Shown in pieces: positions 19,083 through 27,409 of a stretch of DNA of 34,233 nt (position 1 is the first letter of the stretch; every line of letters begins with the position of its first letter). A program made the position numbers and the translations under genes. This stretch comes from Candidatus Methanophagales archaeon (GTDB lineage: Archaea > Halobacteriota > Syntropharchaeia > Alkanophagales > Methanospirareceae), in contig JACGMN010000007.1 of assembly GCA_014061035.1 (NCBI GenBank), positions 1 through 34,233 of the forward strand. Direction: 5' to 3'. The notes under the pieces were generated by a model. The model made no database searches, was not told the DNA's origin, and saw only the letters and a list, made by a program, of their open reading frames with translations.

Positions 19083-20351
19083 TCAAAATGCACGCCTAAC
19101 ACACTCTTCTGTCTTGCATAGCTTCACTTTCGCAGAACCACAGAGAAGCGGTACATATCTCAACATTTTACCTGAATTTGTTATTACACACCGGTAATTT
19201 TCAAACGCTGGCGATACTACGAAACACGTATCACAGATCACCTTCACACCGTAATCTTCTATCTTTCTTACTGTCTCCTGCATACGCTCTTTTATCGCTC
19301 TCGCAGTGAAGATAAAGAGTTCATTTCTTACTTTTCTGCCACGGCTTTCTGCGCTCAAGAGTTCGTATATATGCTGGAGTTCCTGAGCAGAGCAGTGAGG
19401 GCATCCTATCGCTATTACCACACCGCCTTTTTCTGTTCCCGTATCACAATCACAATCACAGTCCCAGTCCCAATCCTCGTAAAACCGTTTTAAATCGGCT
19501 TCTTCTATCTCTGCTCTTTCTGAAGGAACCGGGAAGTCTACTTCTACTAATCCTGCTATATCTATATGGTACAGTCCGATAGAGCCAGTGGCACCTATCG
19601 CAGCAGATAAATGCTTCAACTCGTCCTTGCTCGGAGAAAGAGAGGAAGATAAAAATGAAGACGGAGAAAGCTCTATCAATGGTATTTTACTGCTTGCAAG
19701 CTCACCTATCAAGAATCCAAGAGCGCTATAGTCCGCGTCTGTAATGAGACGGTCCACATTCACAGAGACACGTATTCGTATCTCAGCCTCTCTCCTTTCC
19801 GTCTCGTGAAGCCCGTAAAGAGGTGTTTTGCCTATAAGTGCTGATGCAAGAGCAGACGGCGCACCTTCAATATTCGTTCTTGCACCCAGTACAGAATTGG
19901 CATACAGGACGGCAGAAGATTCCGACCATGCGATGTGCTCACCCATCTCCGGCGTATTTCCAATGAGATAAGGAACACAGGTGCACTCCGCGGTGATGCC
20001 TAATTTCGTATACGCGTTGATCACTTCCTTTTGCTTCGCGACAAACTTATTTGAGACGTTCATAACATTCCACCGCTCTCTGTCCATGCCGATAGGATTT
20101 AACGTGCTTTTGACTTTTACCGTTCTGTCAATCTCATTGTCAATACCAACGTCAATACCAAGACGGTTGATGAACTCAAAAGCGTCCCCGATAGTCTTAT
20201 AGGACGCACCGGAGATATGCGCTGATTTTATTGGTATTAATTTTGAGGCATTATTTATATCTCCTATTGCAACGAGTATCTCCATCGCCTTTTTCCTCGC
20301 CCAGCCCTCTTCTCCTTCATATATCCGCTCTTCTTCCCGCGTAAGGTGCAT
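19083..20351 (-). CDS. Aconitase X catalytic subunit (DUF521; probable phosphomevalonate dehydratase large subunit)
   Basis: M.LT.EE....GE.G, AHISG.SYKTIG, TLNP.GMD, CTC.PY, AW.ESSAV.YANSVLGARTN.EG, GCPH, DTCFVVSP, TNSGK. Confidence 0.88.
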   Translation of the reverse strand: MHLTREEERIYEGEEGWARKKAMEILVAIGDINNASKLIPIKSAHISGASYKTIGDAFEFINRLGIDVGIDNEIDRTVKVKSTLNPIGMDRERWNVMNVSNKFVAKQKEVINAYTKLGITAECTCVPYLIGNTPEMGEHIAWSESSAVLYANSVLGARTNIEGAPSALASALIGKTPLYGLHETERREAEIRIRVSVNVDRLITDADYSALGFLIGELASSKIPLIELSPSSFLSSSLSPSKDELKHLSAAIGATGSIGLYHIDIAGLVEVDFPVPSERAEIEEADLKRFYEDWDWDCDCDCDTGTEKGGVVIAIGCPHCSAQELQHIYELLSAESRGRKVRNELFIFTARAIKERMQETVRKIEDYGVKVICDTCFVVSPAFENYRCVITNSGKMLRYVPLLCGSAKVKLCKTEECVRRAF

Positions 20352-20385
20352 ACTTACTCATACTCCTGATATTTATCTTAAGTAT

Positions 20386-20433
20386 TGTATCCTGTATTCT
20401 GTATCCTGCATCTTCATTGTACCTATACAAATA
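20386..20433 (-). repeat. Family B half-element (TIR plus GATACAG heptamer arm)
   Basis: The reverse complement tatttgtataggtacaatgaagatgcaggatacagaatacagga matches 34041-34084 at 39/44 by manual count. Confidence 0.8.
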
Positions 20434-20471
20434 CAAACTATTAATCTATAACCGATAGAGCAGATACAGAG

Positions 20472-21605
20472 ATGAAGATAGCGATTTACCATCGCGATAT
20501 AAGTGGCGGAATAAAGACGCATGTCGAATCGCTTTCGCGTGAATTCGAGAAGCAGGGGCATGAAGTAAAGAGAATAGATCAGTTTTCACTCGGCTCTTAC
20601 ATGCTGGGTAATACTAAGGGTGGCATCTCGTATGGCTTAGACTTTGCGCTAAGCAAGATAAAAGAAAAGGTTGCTGATTGTGATATTCTTCATATACATC
20701 ACGCTGCTACGGTCTCTGAACTTTTCCTGCCATTCTCGTCTATTTGTTCTGATATCAGTATTGTTAATACGTTTCATACTCAAACAGGGGAAGGCTTGAA
20801 GGGTGAAGTGGCACGAACATATATATCACTGATTGTTACACTCTATACCGGACGGTCGAAGAAATTTATCTCGGTAAGTGCAGAGAATGCAGAATATCTC
20901 CGTCAGCATTGTTATGTCGATAACATTTACGACTACGAGACCGGCGCTGGCAACAGTAACAGCAAAAGTATCAAGACCGGAACTGAACTTGTGGTTATAC
21001 CTAATGGCGTTGATGTCAATCGCTTTTATCCAGCGGATAAGGATACGGATACGGATATGGATAAGAACGGAGAAGAGCGTGATGATAGGAAAAAGCCGGT
21101 TTGTATAGGTTATCTGGGACGGTTATCTCCTGAAAAGAATGTGATAGGGATGATAAAGGCGGTGAAGGCATTGAAGCAGGCTGAGATAAACTTAAAGATT
21201 GCAGGTACTGGGCCGCTGTTTGCTAAACTGAAGAAGCTGGAAGACGAAAGAATAAAGATTTTAGGCTATGTCGAAGACGCTGCTTCATTCTATCGAAGCG
21301 TGGACGTTTTCTTACTGCCTTCTAAGCTCGAAGCGCAGCCGATTACACTGCTCGAAGCGATGGCATCGGGGCTGCCGATCATTGCTACCGATGTCGGTGA
21401 TAACAAACATTTTATCTCAGGAAACGGAATACTCTGCGGAACATCGGTGAAGGAGATAGGAGCGGCGATAGAGACGATGCTATCTGAAAAGAACGGTTGG
21501 GTAAAGATGGGTATAGAGTCGCGGAAGATTGTTGAGCAGAACTATACGTGGGATAAGATAGCAAGAAGGACGCTCGAGGTCTATAGAACCGCACTGTCAT
21601 CATAG
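20472..21605 (+). CDS. Glycosyltransferase family 4 (GT-B)
   Basis: GGI..HV..L, VIPNGVD, GRLSPEKN, AGTGP, LPS..E..PI.LLEAMASGLPIIATDVG. Confidence 0.93.
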   Translation: MKIAIYHRDISGGIKTHVESLSREFEKQGHEVKRIDQFSLGSYMLGNTKGGISYGLDFALSKIKEKVADCDILHIHHAATVSELFLPFSSICSDISIVNTFHTQTGEGLKGEVARTYISLIVTLYTGRSKKFISVSAENAEYLRQHCYVDNIYDYETGAGNSNSKSIKTGTELVVIPNGVDVNRFYPADKDTDTDMDKNGEERDDRKKPVCIGYLGRLSPEKNVIGMIKAVKALKQAEINLKIAGTGPLFAKLKKLEDERIKILGYVEDAASFYRSVDVFLLPSKLEAQPITLLEAMASGLPIIATDVGDNKHFISGNGILCGTSVKEIGAAIETMLSEKNGWVKMGIESRKIVEQNYTWDKIARRTLEVYRTALSS

Positions 21606-21625
21606 ACTTTCATCATAGATAAATT

Positions 21626-21801
21626 GTAACTACTCAGGTTGCCAGGTTCAAGGTTCAAGGTTCAAGGTTCAAGGTTTAAGGTTCAAGGTTCACGGTTGTC
21701 AAGCTTGCGCTCTTCATTCTTCATATTTCTTGAGATAGTTTATGGTCATCGTTTTCTAATCGTGAACCATGAACCCCGGAACTTTGAACCTGAGTAGTCA
21801 C
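21626..21801 (-). mobile_element. Family A MITE-like element, 176 bp, the best-preserved copy
   Basis: TIRs gtaactactcaggtt (21626-21640) and aacctgagtagtcac (21787-21801) match 14/15. About 7 tandem AGGTTCA units. Minus-strand mini-ORF 21749-21714 reads MTINYLKKYEE*. Confidence 0.85.
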
Positions 21802-21859
21802 CATAACATAACGTATAACTGTTCTTGAATATATTAAACAAGAGATAATTAACCAGAAG

Positions 21860-22141
21860 ATGGAATCAAAAGTAAGAGCATATGTAGTGGTCACAGGGCA
21901 GGTGCAAGGTGTTTACTTTCGCTATGCAACGAAAGAGGAAGCGAGTATGCGGGGAGTAAAAGGGTGGGTTCGAAACCGCAGAGATGGAGCAGTAGAAATG
22001 GTATTTGAAGGAGAGAAAGCGAAAGTGGAAGAACTAATAGATTTTTGTCATCGTGGACCACCGTCCGCGAAGGTCTCGTCAGTTAAGGTCATCTGGGAAG
22101 ACTATACTGGGCAGTTTAAGGATTTTTCTATTCGCTATTAA
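21860..22141 (+). CDS. acyP: Acylphosphatase
   Basis: V.G.VQGVYFR, GWVRN..DG.VE, GPP.A.V, F.IRY. Confidence 0.95.
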   Translation: MESKVRAYVVVTGQVQGVYFRYATKEEASMRGVKGWVRNRRDGAVEMVFEGEKAKVEELIDFCHRGPPSAKVSSVKVIWEDYTGQFKDFSIRY

Positions 22142-22187
22142 CCAAATTAATTATATATTTCGTACAGACGTGACGTACAGACGTGAC

Positions 22188-22967
22188 ATGGCGTGGAATG
22201 AGTTGAAGATCGGAAAAAGCACGTTCTTCCCCGTAGTGCGGAAGTTGGCGGAGATGAAAGAGATCGTATTTGATAAAAGTTTCTTAGCAAGTGCCGAGAT
22301 GGATATGGAGTTGTATTACATCTTCAGGGACGTATCAAGGGACGAAAAGGATGCGAAGAAAATAAAGGAGATAGGACTGAGGTACGACATTACGATTATT
22401 CCGCCCGGTGCGCTCGGCATGGAATTCGTTAAGACCGCGGGACATTATCATCCTTATATCCGCGGCTCGGCACTGACATACCCGGAGATGTACGAAGTAT
22501 TGGAAGGAGAAGCACATTTTTTATTGCAAAAGCGAGAAGAAGAAGAACGGAGCGGTATCGAAGAGATAACCGATGTTGTAGTCGTAAAAGCGAGGAAGGG
22601 AGATGTTCTAATCATACCACCTAATTATGGGCATGTTACGATCAACCACACTGAAACGGTCTTAAAGATGGCTAACTGGGTTGCTCGAACGTTCTGCTCG
22701 ATATATGAGCCAATAGAGAGAAAAGGCGGTGCCGCTTATTTTGAACTGACAACTGGCGAGTTTGTAAAGAACGAACGTTATGAAGCTGTGCCACCTATAA
22801 GATTCTTACAGCCACGGGATACAGGGATAAGGGAATTAGAATTAGAATTAGAACTGAGCAAGGGCGTAGCGATCTATGAACTACTCAAAGTATCTGAAAA
22901 GCTAAAGTTCCTTACTAAAGCATCTCAAGCGCAATTTCTGCCGCCCGTTTACCTGAAAATAGCATAG
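22188..22967 (+). CDS. Cupin-type archaeal glucose-6-phosphate isomerase family protein
   Basis: LYY..RD, LRYDITIIPPG.LG.EFVKTAGHYHP, YPE.YEVLEG, IPPNYGHVTIN, GGAAY. The ATG at 22188 is preferred because the 22053 start overlaps acyP. Confidence 0.85.
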   Translation: MAWNELKIGKSTFFPVVRKLAEMKEIVFDKSFLASAEMDMELYYIFRDVSRDEKDAKKIKEIGLRYDITIIPPGALGMEFVKTAGHYHPYIRGSALTYPEMYEVLEGEAHFLLQKREEEERSGIEEITDVVVVKARKGDVLIIPPNYGHVTINHTETVLKMANWVARTFCSIYEPIERKGGAAYFELTTGEFVKNERYEAVPPIRFLQPRDTGIRELELELELSKGVAIYELLKVSEKLKFLTKASQAQFLPPVYLKIA

Positions 22968-23700
22968 CGCCGAAAGTAGGACCCATTCGCGGAAGCCCGT
23001 ATGCAGTAGCTACTGCCATACCGGTAACGATCAGCCCAGGATAAAATTCAGATGTATGTGCAACTACGGAATTCTCGGAACGGTCAGCCCACATTGCACC
23101 CTGTCCTTTCGTCTTAACCAGCTCTCGTTCCTCCAGCTTCTTAACGACTGTAGCATCGTGACCTGTGGCATCGATTACGAAGCGTGATTCGAGCGATACG
23201 GGATCAATAGCTGCTATTTGTGATGGAAGCGAAGAAACAGGTGTCCAGTTTATTACTACGCCACTCACTCGCTCGTTATATAGAACCACGTCGTCCATAT
23301 TCACCATATTTAATATCTTTACTCCGGCATCACAGCTCGCAGCAATTAATTTTGAGCAGGCATGTGGTCCATCCGCGATGTACAACCCTTTACAGTGCTT
23401 ATACTCCTTATACGGCACACCGAGCTCATCGAGGATACGCTCAGCCGGCGACCGTACCGTGAGCTTGTTCATCAGAAACCCGCCAAGCCAGAACCCGCCA
23501 CCCAAATAGTTGTTTCTCTCAATGATCAATACTTTTACGCCTTTAGATGCCAGTTCCTTACCTGCCATCAATCCCGCCGGTCCGCCGCCAGCTATAATGA
23601 CGTCGCTCTCTACATAGCTCTCAAATTCGGTCGCAAATTCCTCTACTATCGCTCTCGTAATCTGACTCTCTGATGCGTATGAAAAGTTTATTGGTTCCAT
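22915..23700 (-). CDS. thi4: Thiamine thiazole synthase (Thi4)
   Basis: DVII.GGGPAGL, ERNNYLGGGFW.GG.LMN, NWTPV..LP....IDP, DATGHDA, GLPRMGPTFGAML.SG. Confidence 0.95.
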   Translation of the reverse strand: MEPINFSYASESQITRAIVEEFATEFESYVESDVIIAGGGPAGLMAGKELASKGVKVLIIERNNYLGGGFWLGGFLMNKLTVRSPAERILDELGVPYKEYKHCKGLYIADGPHACSKLIAASCDAGVKILNMVNMDDVVLYNERVSGVVINWTPVSSLPSQIAAIDPVSLESRFVIDATGHDATVVKKLEERELVKTKGQGAMWADRSENSVVAHTSEFYPGLIVTGMAVATAYGLPRMGPTFGAMLFSGKRAAEIALEML

Positions 23701-23729
23701 AAGACAACCTTAATTAAACTCCTGATTAT

Positions 23730-24260
23730 TTAACGTATCAGACCTTTCCCCTTTTGACCCGCAGAGGTCTTCCCTCTGAAGACCCTTCCTTTATGTGAAG
23801 CGTGGCAAATCCAGTTCAACGTCTTATCAGACTTTATCTCTGGATTGGCGGGCTCAACGAGGATTATTTCATACCATTTCCTCTTTCCATCTTCTGCTAC
23901 CCAGTAAGAGTTAAGAACCTCCATGTTAGGATACTTTCGCGCCGTTCGCTCCTCTGCGATCCGCTGTAAGCTCTTTCCCGGTGTTATCTTATGCACACCC
24001 ATCCTCTTAGATCTTCTACCGTGCTTCGGCCTTGATTTCCTCCGCCCACCTCTTCTTACCTTTGCTCGTACTACGATGATGCCATGTTTCGCTTTATATC
24101 CCAAAGAACGAGCTCTATCCAATCTCGTCGGTCTTTTCACCCGTATAACTGCCGGCTCCTTTCTCCATTCTACCAATCGTATCCGCCTGAACTCTCTTAC
24201 GTACGATGCTTTTGGCTTCTTCCATGCCTCACCAATATATCTATAAACTGACTTAGTCAT
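23730..24260 (-). CDS. rpl15e: 50S ribosomal protein L15e (eL15)
   Basis: [56 protein letters not shown]. The ATG at 24260 is preferred. Confidence 0.96.
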   Translation of the reverse strand: MTKSVYRYIGEAWKKPKASYVREFRRIRLVEWRKEPAVIRVKRPTRLDRARSLGYKAKHGIIVVRAKVRRGGRRKSRPKHGRRSKRMGVHKITPGKSLQRIAEERTARKYPNMEVLNSYWVAEDGKRKWYEIILVEPANPEIKSDKTLNWICHASHKGRVFRGKTSAGQKGKGLIR

Positions 24261-24444
24261 TTGTTCTGTTTCACGTCTCAAAATTTTTAGGACTTTTAGA
24301 ATAGAATAAATAATATACTAAGGGAAATAAAGATAATATAGCTATACCATGCTGTATTAAAAATAGGGTATAGATAAGAGATAGATGGCAAGTAGCCCTG
24401 TACCGGTAAGAACAAAAAGGAAAAGGAGTGAGTGAGTGATTGAG

Positions 24445-24768
24445 ATGGTAAGCACAAGTAAGCATAGACCTAAGCCGCTGGACGTATTAAATAGGGCATT
24501 GAAATCCCAGGTTATCGTAAGGATCCGGGGTGGTAGAGAATTTAGAGGTATACTGGAAGGATATGATCTGCACATGAACCTGGTGTTAAGCGGTGCAGAT
24601 GAGTTGAATAGTGACGCGCCGGTCAGGGATTTTTCAGGAGAAATTCTGATCCGGGGAGACAACGTGGTATACATCTCGCCAACAGTGTCGAGAGAGGTAG
24701 AAAAAGGCGAAGATGTGAGTAAGAGCAAAAGCAAAAGCAAGGAGGGTGGAGAGAGGGAGAGATGGTAA
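24445..24768 (+). CDS. Sm-like archaeal protein (SmAP/Lsm) with a charged C-terminal extension
   Basis: PLDVL..AL...V.V...GGREFRG.L.GYD.HMNLVL and [11 protein letters not shown]; conserved linkage to rpl37e. Confidence 0.93.
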   Translation: MVSTSKHRPKPLDVLNRALKSQVIVRIRGGREFRGILEGYDLHMNLVLSGADELNSDAPVRDFSGEILIRGDNVVYISPTVSREVEKGEDVSKSKSKSKEGGERERW

Positions 24769-24929
24769 AGGGAACAGCTTCACTCGGCAAAAGGCAAAAG
24801 AGGTCGCACATGACCTGCAGACGATGTGGCAAAGTCGCTTTCAGTATACATGCAAAGTATTGTGTTGCATGCAGTTTCGGAAGATCGAGCAGGATGAGGG
24901 AGTATAAGTGGAATGATAAAAAGCCGTAA
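24762..24929 (+). CDS. rpl37e: 50S ribosomal protein L37e (eL37)
   Basis: Absent from the ORF track. Hand translation: [55 protein letters not shown] (55 aa, C4 zinc finger). Confidence 0.95.
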   Translation: MVKGTASLGKRQKRSHMTCRRCGKVAFSIHAKYCVACSFGRSSRMREYKWNDKKP

Positions 24930-24948
24930 AGTAAAAAAAATATGGGAT

Positions 24949-25034
24949 GCCGAGGTAGCTTAGCGGACTAAAGCGCCGGCCTTGAGAGCCGGTGTCTCTT
25001 ACGAGACTCAGGGGTTCAAATCCCTTCCTCGGCG
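24949..25034 (+). tRNA. tRNA-Ser (TGA)
   Basis: Acceptor stem GCCGAGG/CCTCGGC plus discriminator G; anticodon arm CCGGC-CT-TGA-GA-GCCGG; long variable arm GTCTC-TTAC-GAGAC; T loop TTCAAAT. Confidence 0.95.
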
Positions 25035-25075
25035 TTTCTTCGCAAAAACCACGCTTCTTTTCTTAAGAAAAAAAA

Positions 25076-25507
25076 ATGACAGAATACAGTGAGATTTTGG
25101 ATAGGGCGTTGAGCCAATTATCGGCGAGTCCGACTACCAGTGACTCGCGGTTCGTTTTACCGGCCTTAAAAGTATTTACGGAGGGAAAGACAACGATATT
25201 TGAGAATTTTGATGTTATATGCGACTACATCAACAGGGAAAGGGCGCACGTGATGAAATTTTTGCTGAACGAACTTGGTACGGCAGGTAAGATTGTAGGC
25301 GATAGGGTAATTTTCCAGGGAAGATTCTCGCTGGACGCAATCGAGGACCAAATTCGGCGGTATATGGATGAATACGTACTCTGCTGGGAGTGTAAGAAAC
25401 CGGATTCACACTTTGAGAAGCTTGACCGCGTCTGGGTGCTGAAATGCGATGCATGCGGTGCAATTCGCCCGATCATGAAGCGACGTGGTGGGAAGGCAGC
25501 GCGATGA
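25076..25507 (+). CDS. eif2b: Translation initiation factor 2 subunit beta
   Basis: Y..LLDRA-like start, EG.TTI.ENF, KFL..ELGTAG, C-terminal C.EC..PD...KCDACGA zinc ribbon. Confidence 0.93.
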   Translation: MTEYSEILDRALSQLSASPTTSDSRFVLPALKVFTEGKTTIFENFDVICDYINRERAHVMKFLLNELGTAGKIVGDRVIFQGRFSLDAIEDQIRRYMDEYVLCWECKKPDSHFEKLDRVWVLKCDACGAIRPIMKRRGGKAAR

Positions 25508-25510
25508 GCG

Positions 25511-26197
25511 ATGAAATACGACCTGCACATCCACTCAAAATACTCGGCAGATGGTGTTCTTGAACCTGAAAAGATCGTGAAAATCGCGATGCGAGTAGGG
25601 CTTGATGGAATCGCAGTAACAGATCACGAGACGATAAAAGGCGGGGTAAAAGCAAAGAAATATGAAAATGATGATCTCATCGTGATAGTTGGTTCGGAAA
25701 TAGAAACCGAGAGAGGAGAGATAATTGGTCTTTTTCTTGAAGAAGAAGTCAAATCAAGGAGTCTTCAGGAGGTCATCGATGAGATTAAAGATCAAAACGG
25801 TATAGCTGTGGTACCGCATCCTTTTGATAGATTAAGGCGTCTCACATTTCATCCAACAGAAGAAGATGTAAAATTCATAGATTGTATCGAGGGCTTCAAT
25901 TCACGGTGCGTATTTCAGCGATACAATAAGAGAGCGATAGAGTATGGAATAGAACATGGCTTAGCGATTACTGCTGGAAGTGACGCACATTTCGGAGGGC
26001 AAATCGGAGACGCGTTTATTTTAGCGGAATCTTCAGATGAGGAAGACTTGATGAGAAGAATCATGAAAAAAGAGATTAGTTTCAATGGAAGATTGAGCAA
26101 CCCTTTATATTTAGTCATTGGAAAGGTGCTTACTCAGGTTCAAAGTTTCAGGGTTCACGGTTCAAGGTTAGACAACAGATCAAGATTGAACGAGTAG
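25511..26197 (+). CDS. PHP-domain metal-dependent phosphoesterase
   Basis: DLHIHS.YS.DG, AVTDH, PHPFD, EGFNSR, AGSDAH. The last ~23 residues derive from a repeat element. Confidence 0.9.
   Translation: MKYDLHIHSKYSADGVLEPEKIVKIAMRVGLDGIAVTDHETIKGGVKAKKYENDDLIVIVGSEIETERGEIIGLFLEEEVKSRSLQEVIDEIKDQNGIAVVPHPFDRLRRLTFHPTEEDVKFIDCIEGFNSRCVFQRYNKRAIEYGIEHGLAITAGSDAHFGGQIGDAFILAESSDEEDLMRRIMKKEISFNGRLSNPLYLVIGKVLTQVQSFRVHGSRLDNRSRLNE
26126..26193 (+). mobile_element. Family A half-element embedded in the PHP gene 3' end
   Basis: gtgcttactcaggttcaaagtttcagggttcacggttcaaggttagacaac matches the reverse complement of the right ends of the 7312 and 21626 copies. It is followed by atc-aag-att-gaa-cga (xKIER). 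Confidence 0.75.
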
Positions 26198-26241
26198 GCG
26201 AACAAGTGTGGACACGAGTGAAAGGAATTGCAACCAAGCTA

Positions 26242-27408
26242 TTACATAACTTTCAATGACCGACCGCCTACAATCCGCCCCTCGTGGATCACTGCCGCTA
26301 TGTCAGTACGTCTCGCTCTTCTCACCACTCCTTTTACAGGATCGCTAACGTTTCTCATATTTGCTGTGTCGGTACGGATCACAACGAGATTCGCCTTCTT
26401 ACCCTCTTCTATCGAGCCCACCGATTCCGATTCCTTCAGCACCGCCGCAGAATCAAGCGTGCACATCTTGAGCACATCCTTTGCCTCGCTGCGGAAGATC
26501 TTAGAGATGAATTCCATTTCAGAGAACATATCTGGCGAATTCAGCATTACGTTATCTGTGCCTGCACCGACAGTCAAACCAGATTCGAGCATCTGCTGTA
26601 ACGGTGGCAGACCAGATCCAGTAACTAAATTAGAGCGGATGCAAACGACAGCAGCTATATCTGCATCATACATCTTCTTGAAGTCCTGATGCGATGCTTT
26701 TATAAGATGCACGAGGAAATCGGGCTCGAGTTCTATCGCATCTGCTATGTCCTCAGCGGTTCGCTCACCAGCATGAAGTGCGAACATCTTATTCATTCTC
26801 TTTGCTTCTAAAGCTGGTAGTTTTATCGCTTCCAGTGGATAGTCTGCGACACTGCTCATACCTATTCCGTCCACCGCCTTAAGAAGCTTGTCAATAGCTA
26901 CCTCTACCGTTCCTGTCCTGTCTACCTCAACAGAATCGGGAACGGGACTGCCGAATATTTTTACACCTATTTGCTCCTGCTTCTTCCTTTCTATATAACA
27001 TAAAACAGCCCTTAACGCGAGCACACCCGGAAGACCACCTTCGCGGAAATCTGCGAATATCTGTGTCCCTGTAGCAAGCATATCCTCAATAGTATCGTTC
27101 ATCGCCGAGACCAGCGCTCCATAGGTGGCTGCCCCCAATATCCTATGCTTAAATCCGCCGGGACCAACTAATTGCTCGAGAGGCATAAACTCTGGCTCTT
27201 TTAATACAGAATCACCGATGTGCGTATGTGCATTGACGAAAGCAGGGATTATAATACCTTCTATCGCTGCGTCTATCTTTCTATTCTTTCTATTATCCTC
27301 TATTTCTTTTATCTTCCCATCCTCAATTACGAGATACCCGTCCTTCGCTTCAAAATCATCGCCTGCTACTACTATTCCTGAAAGTGAAAACGAACAAGTC
27401 AAGGTCAA
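26242..27408 (-). CDS. Amidohydrolase family metal-dependent hydrolase (deaminase-like)
   Basis: PAFVNAHTHIGD, FADFREGG, LHAGE, GTDN.M.NSPDM..EM, GSIEEGK.A. Start (TTG) is uncertain. Confidence 0.88.
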   Translation of the reverse strand: MTLTCSFSLSGIVVAGDDFEAKDGYLVIEDGKIKEIEDNRKNRKIDAAIEGIIIPAFVNAHTHIGDSVLKEPEFMPLEQLVGPGGFKHRILGAATYGALVSAMNDTIEDMLATGTQIFADFREGGLPGVLALRAVLCYIERKKQEQIGVKIFGSPVPDSVEVDRTGTVEVAIDKLLKAVDGIGMSSVADYPLEAIKLPALEAKRMNKMFALHAGERTAEDIADAIELEPDFLVHLIKASHQDFKKMYDADIAAVVCIRSNLVTGSGLPPLQQMLESGLTVGAGTDNVMLNSPDMFSEMEFISKIFRSEAKDVLKMCTLDSAAVLKESESVGSIEEGKKANLVVIRTDTANMRNVSDPVKGVVRRARRTDIAAVIHEGRIVGGRSLKVM

Positions 27409-27409
27409 G

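Noticed and set aside
20373..20561. 62-aa minus-strand ORF ending MKMQDTEYRIQYLR
   Set aside because: It is antisense to the GT4 start and its tail is just the translated family B heptamer arm.
21640..21700. GGTTCAA arrays as a CRISPR array
   Set aside because: The units are 7 nt and contiguous, with no unique spacers and no cas genes in the window.
22053..22187. N-terminal extension of the GPI ORF
   Set aside because: It overlaps acyP and crosses an AT-rich spacer and a tandem duplication; the ATG at 22188 is more plausible.
24949..25034. tRNA with TGA as a selenocysteine or suppressor tRNA
   Set aside because: Anticodon TGA reads UCA (Ser); tRNA-Sec would have TCA. The 7-bp acceptor stem and G discriminator fit an ordinary tRNA-Ser.
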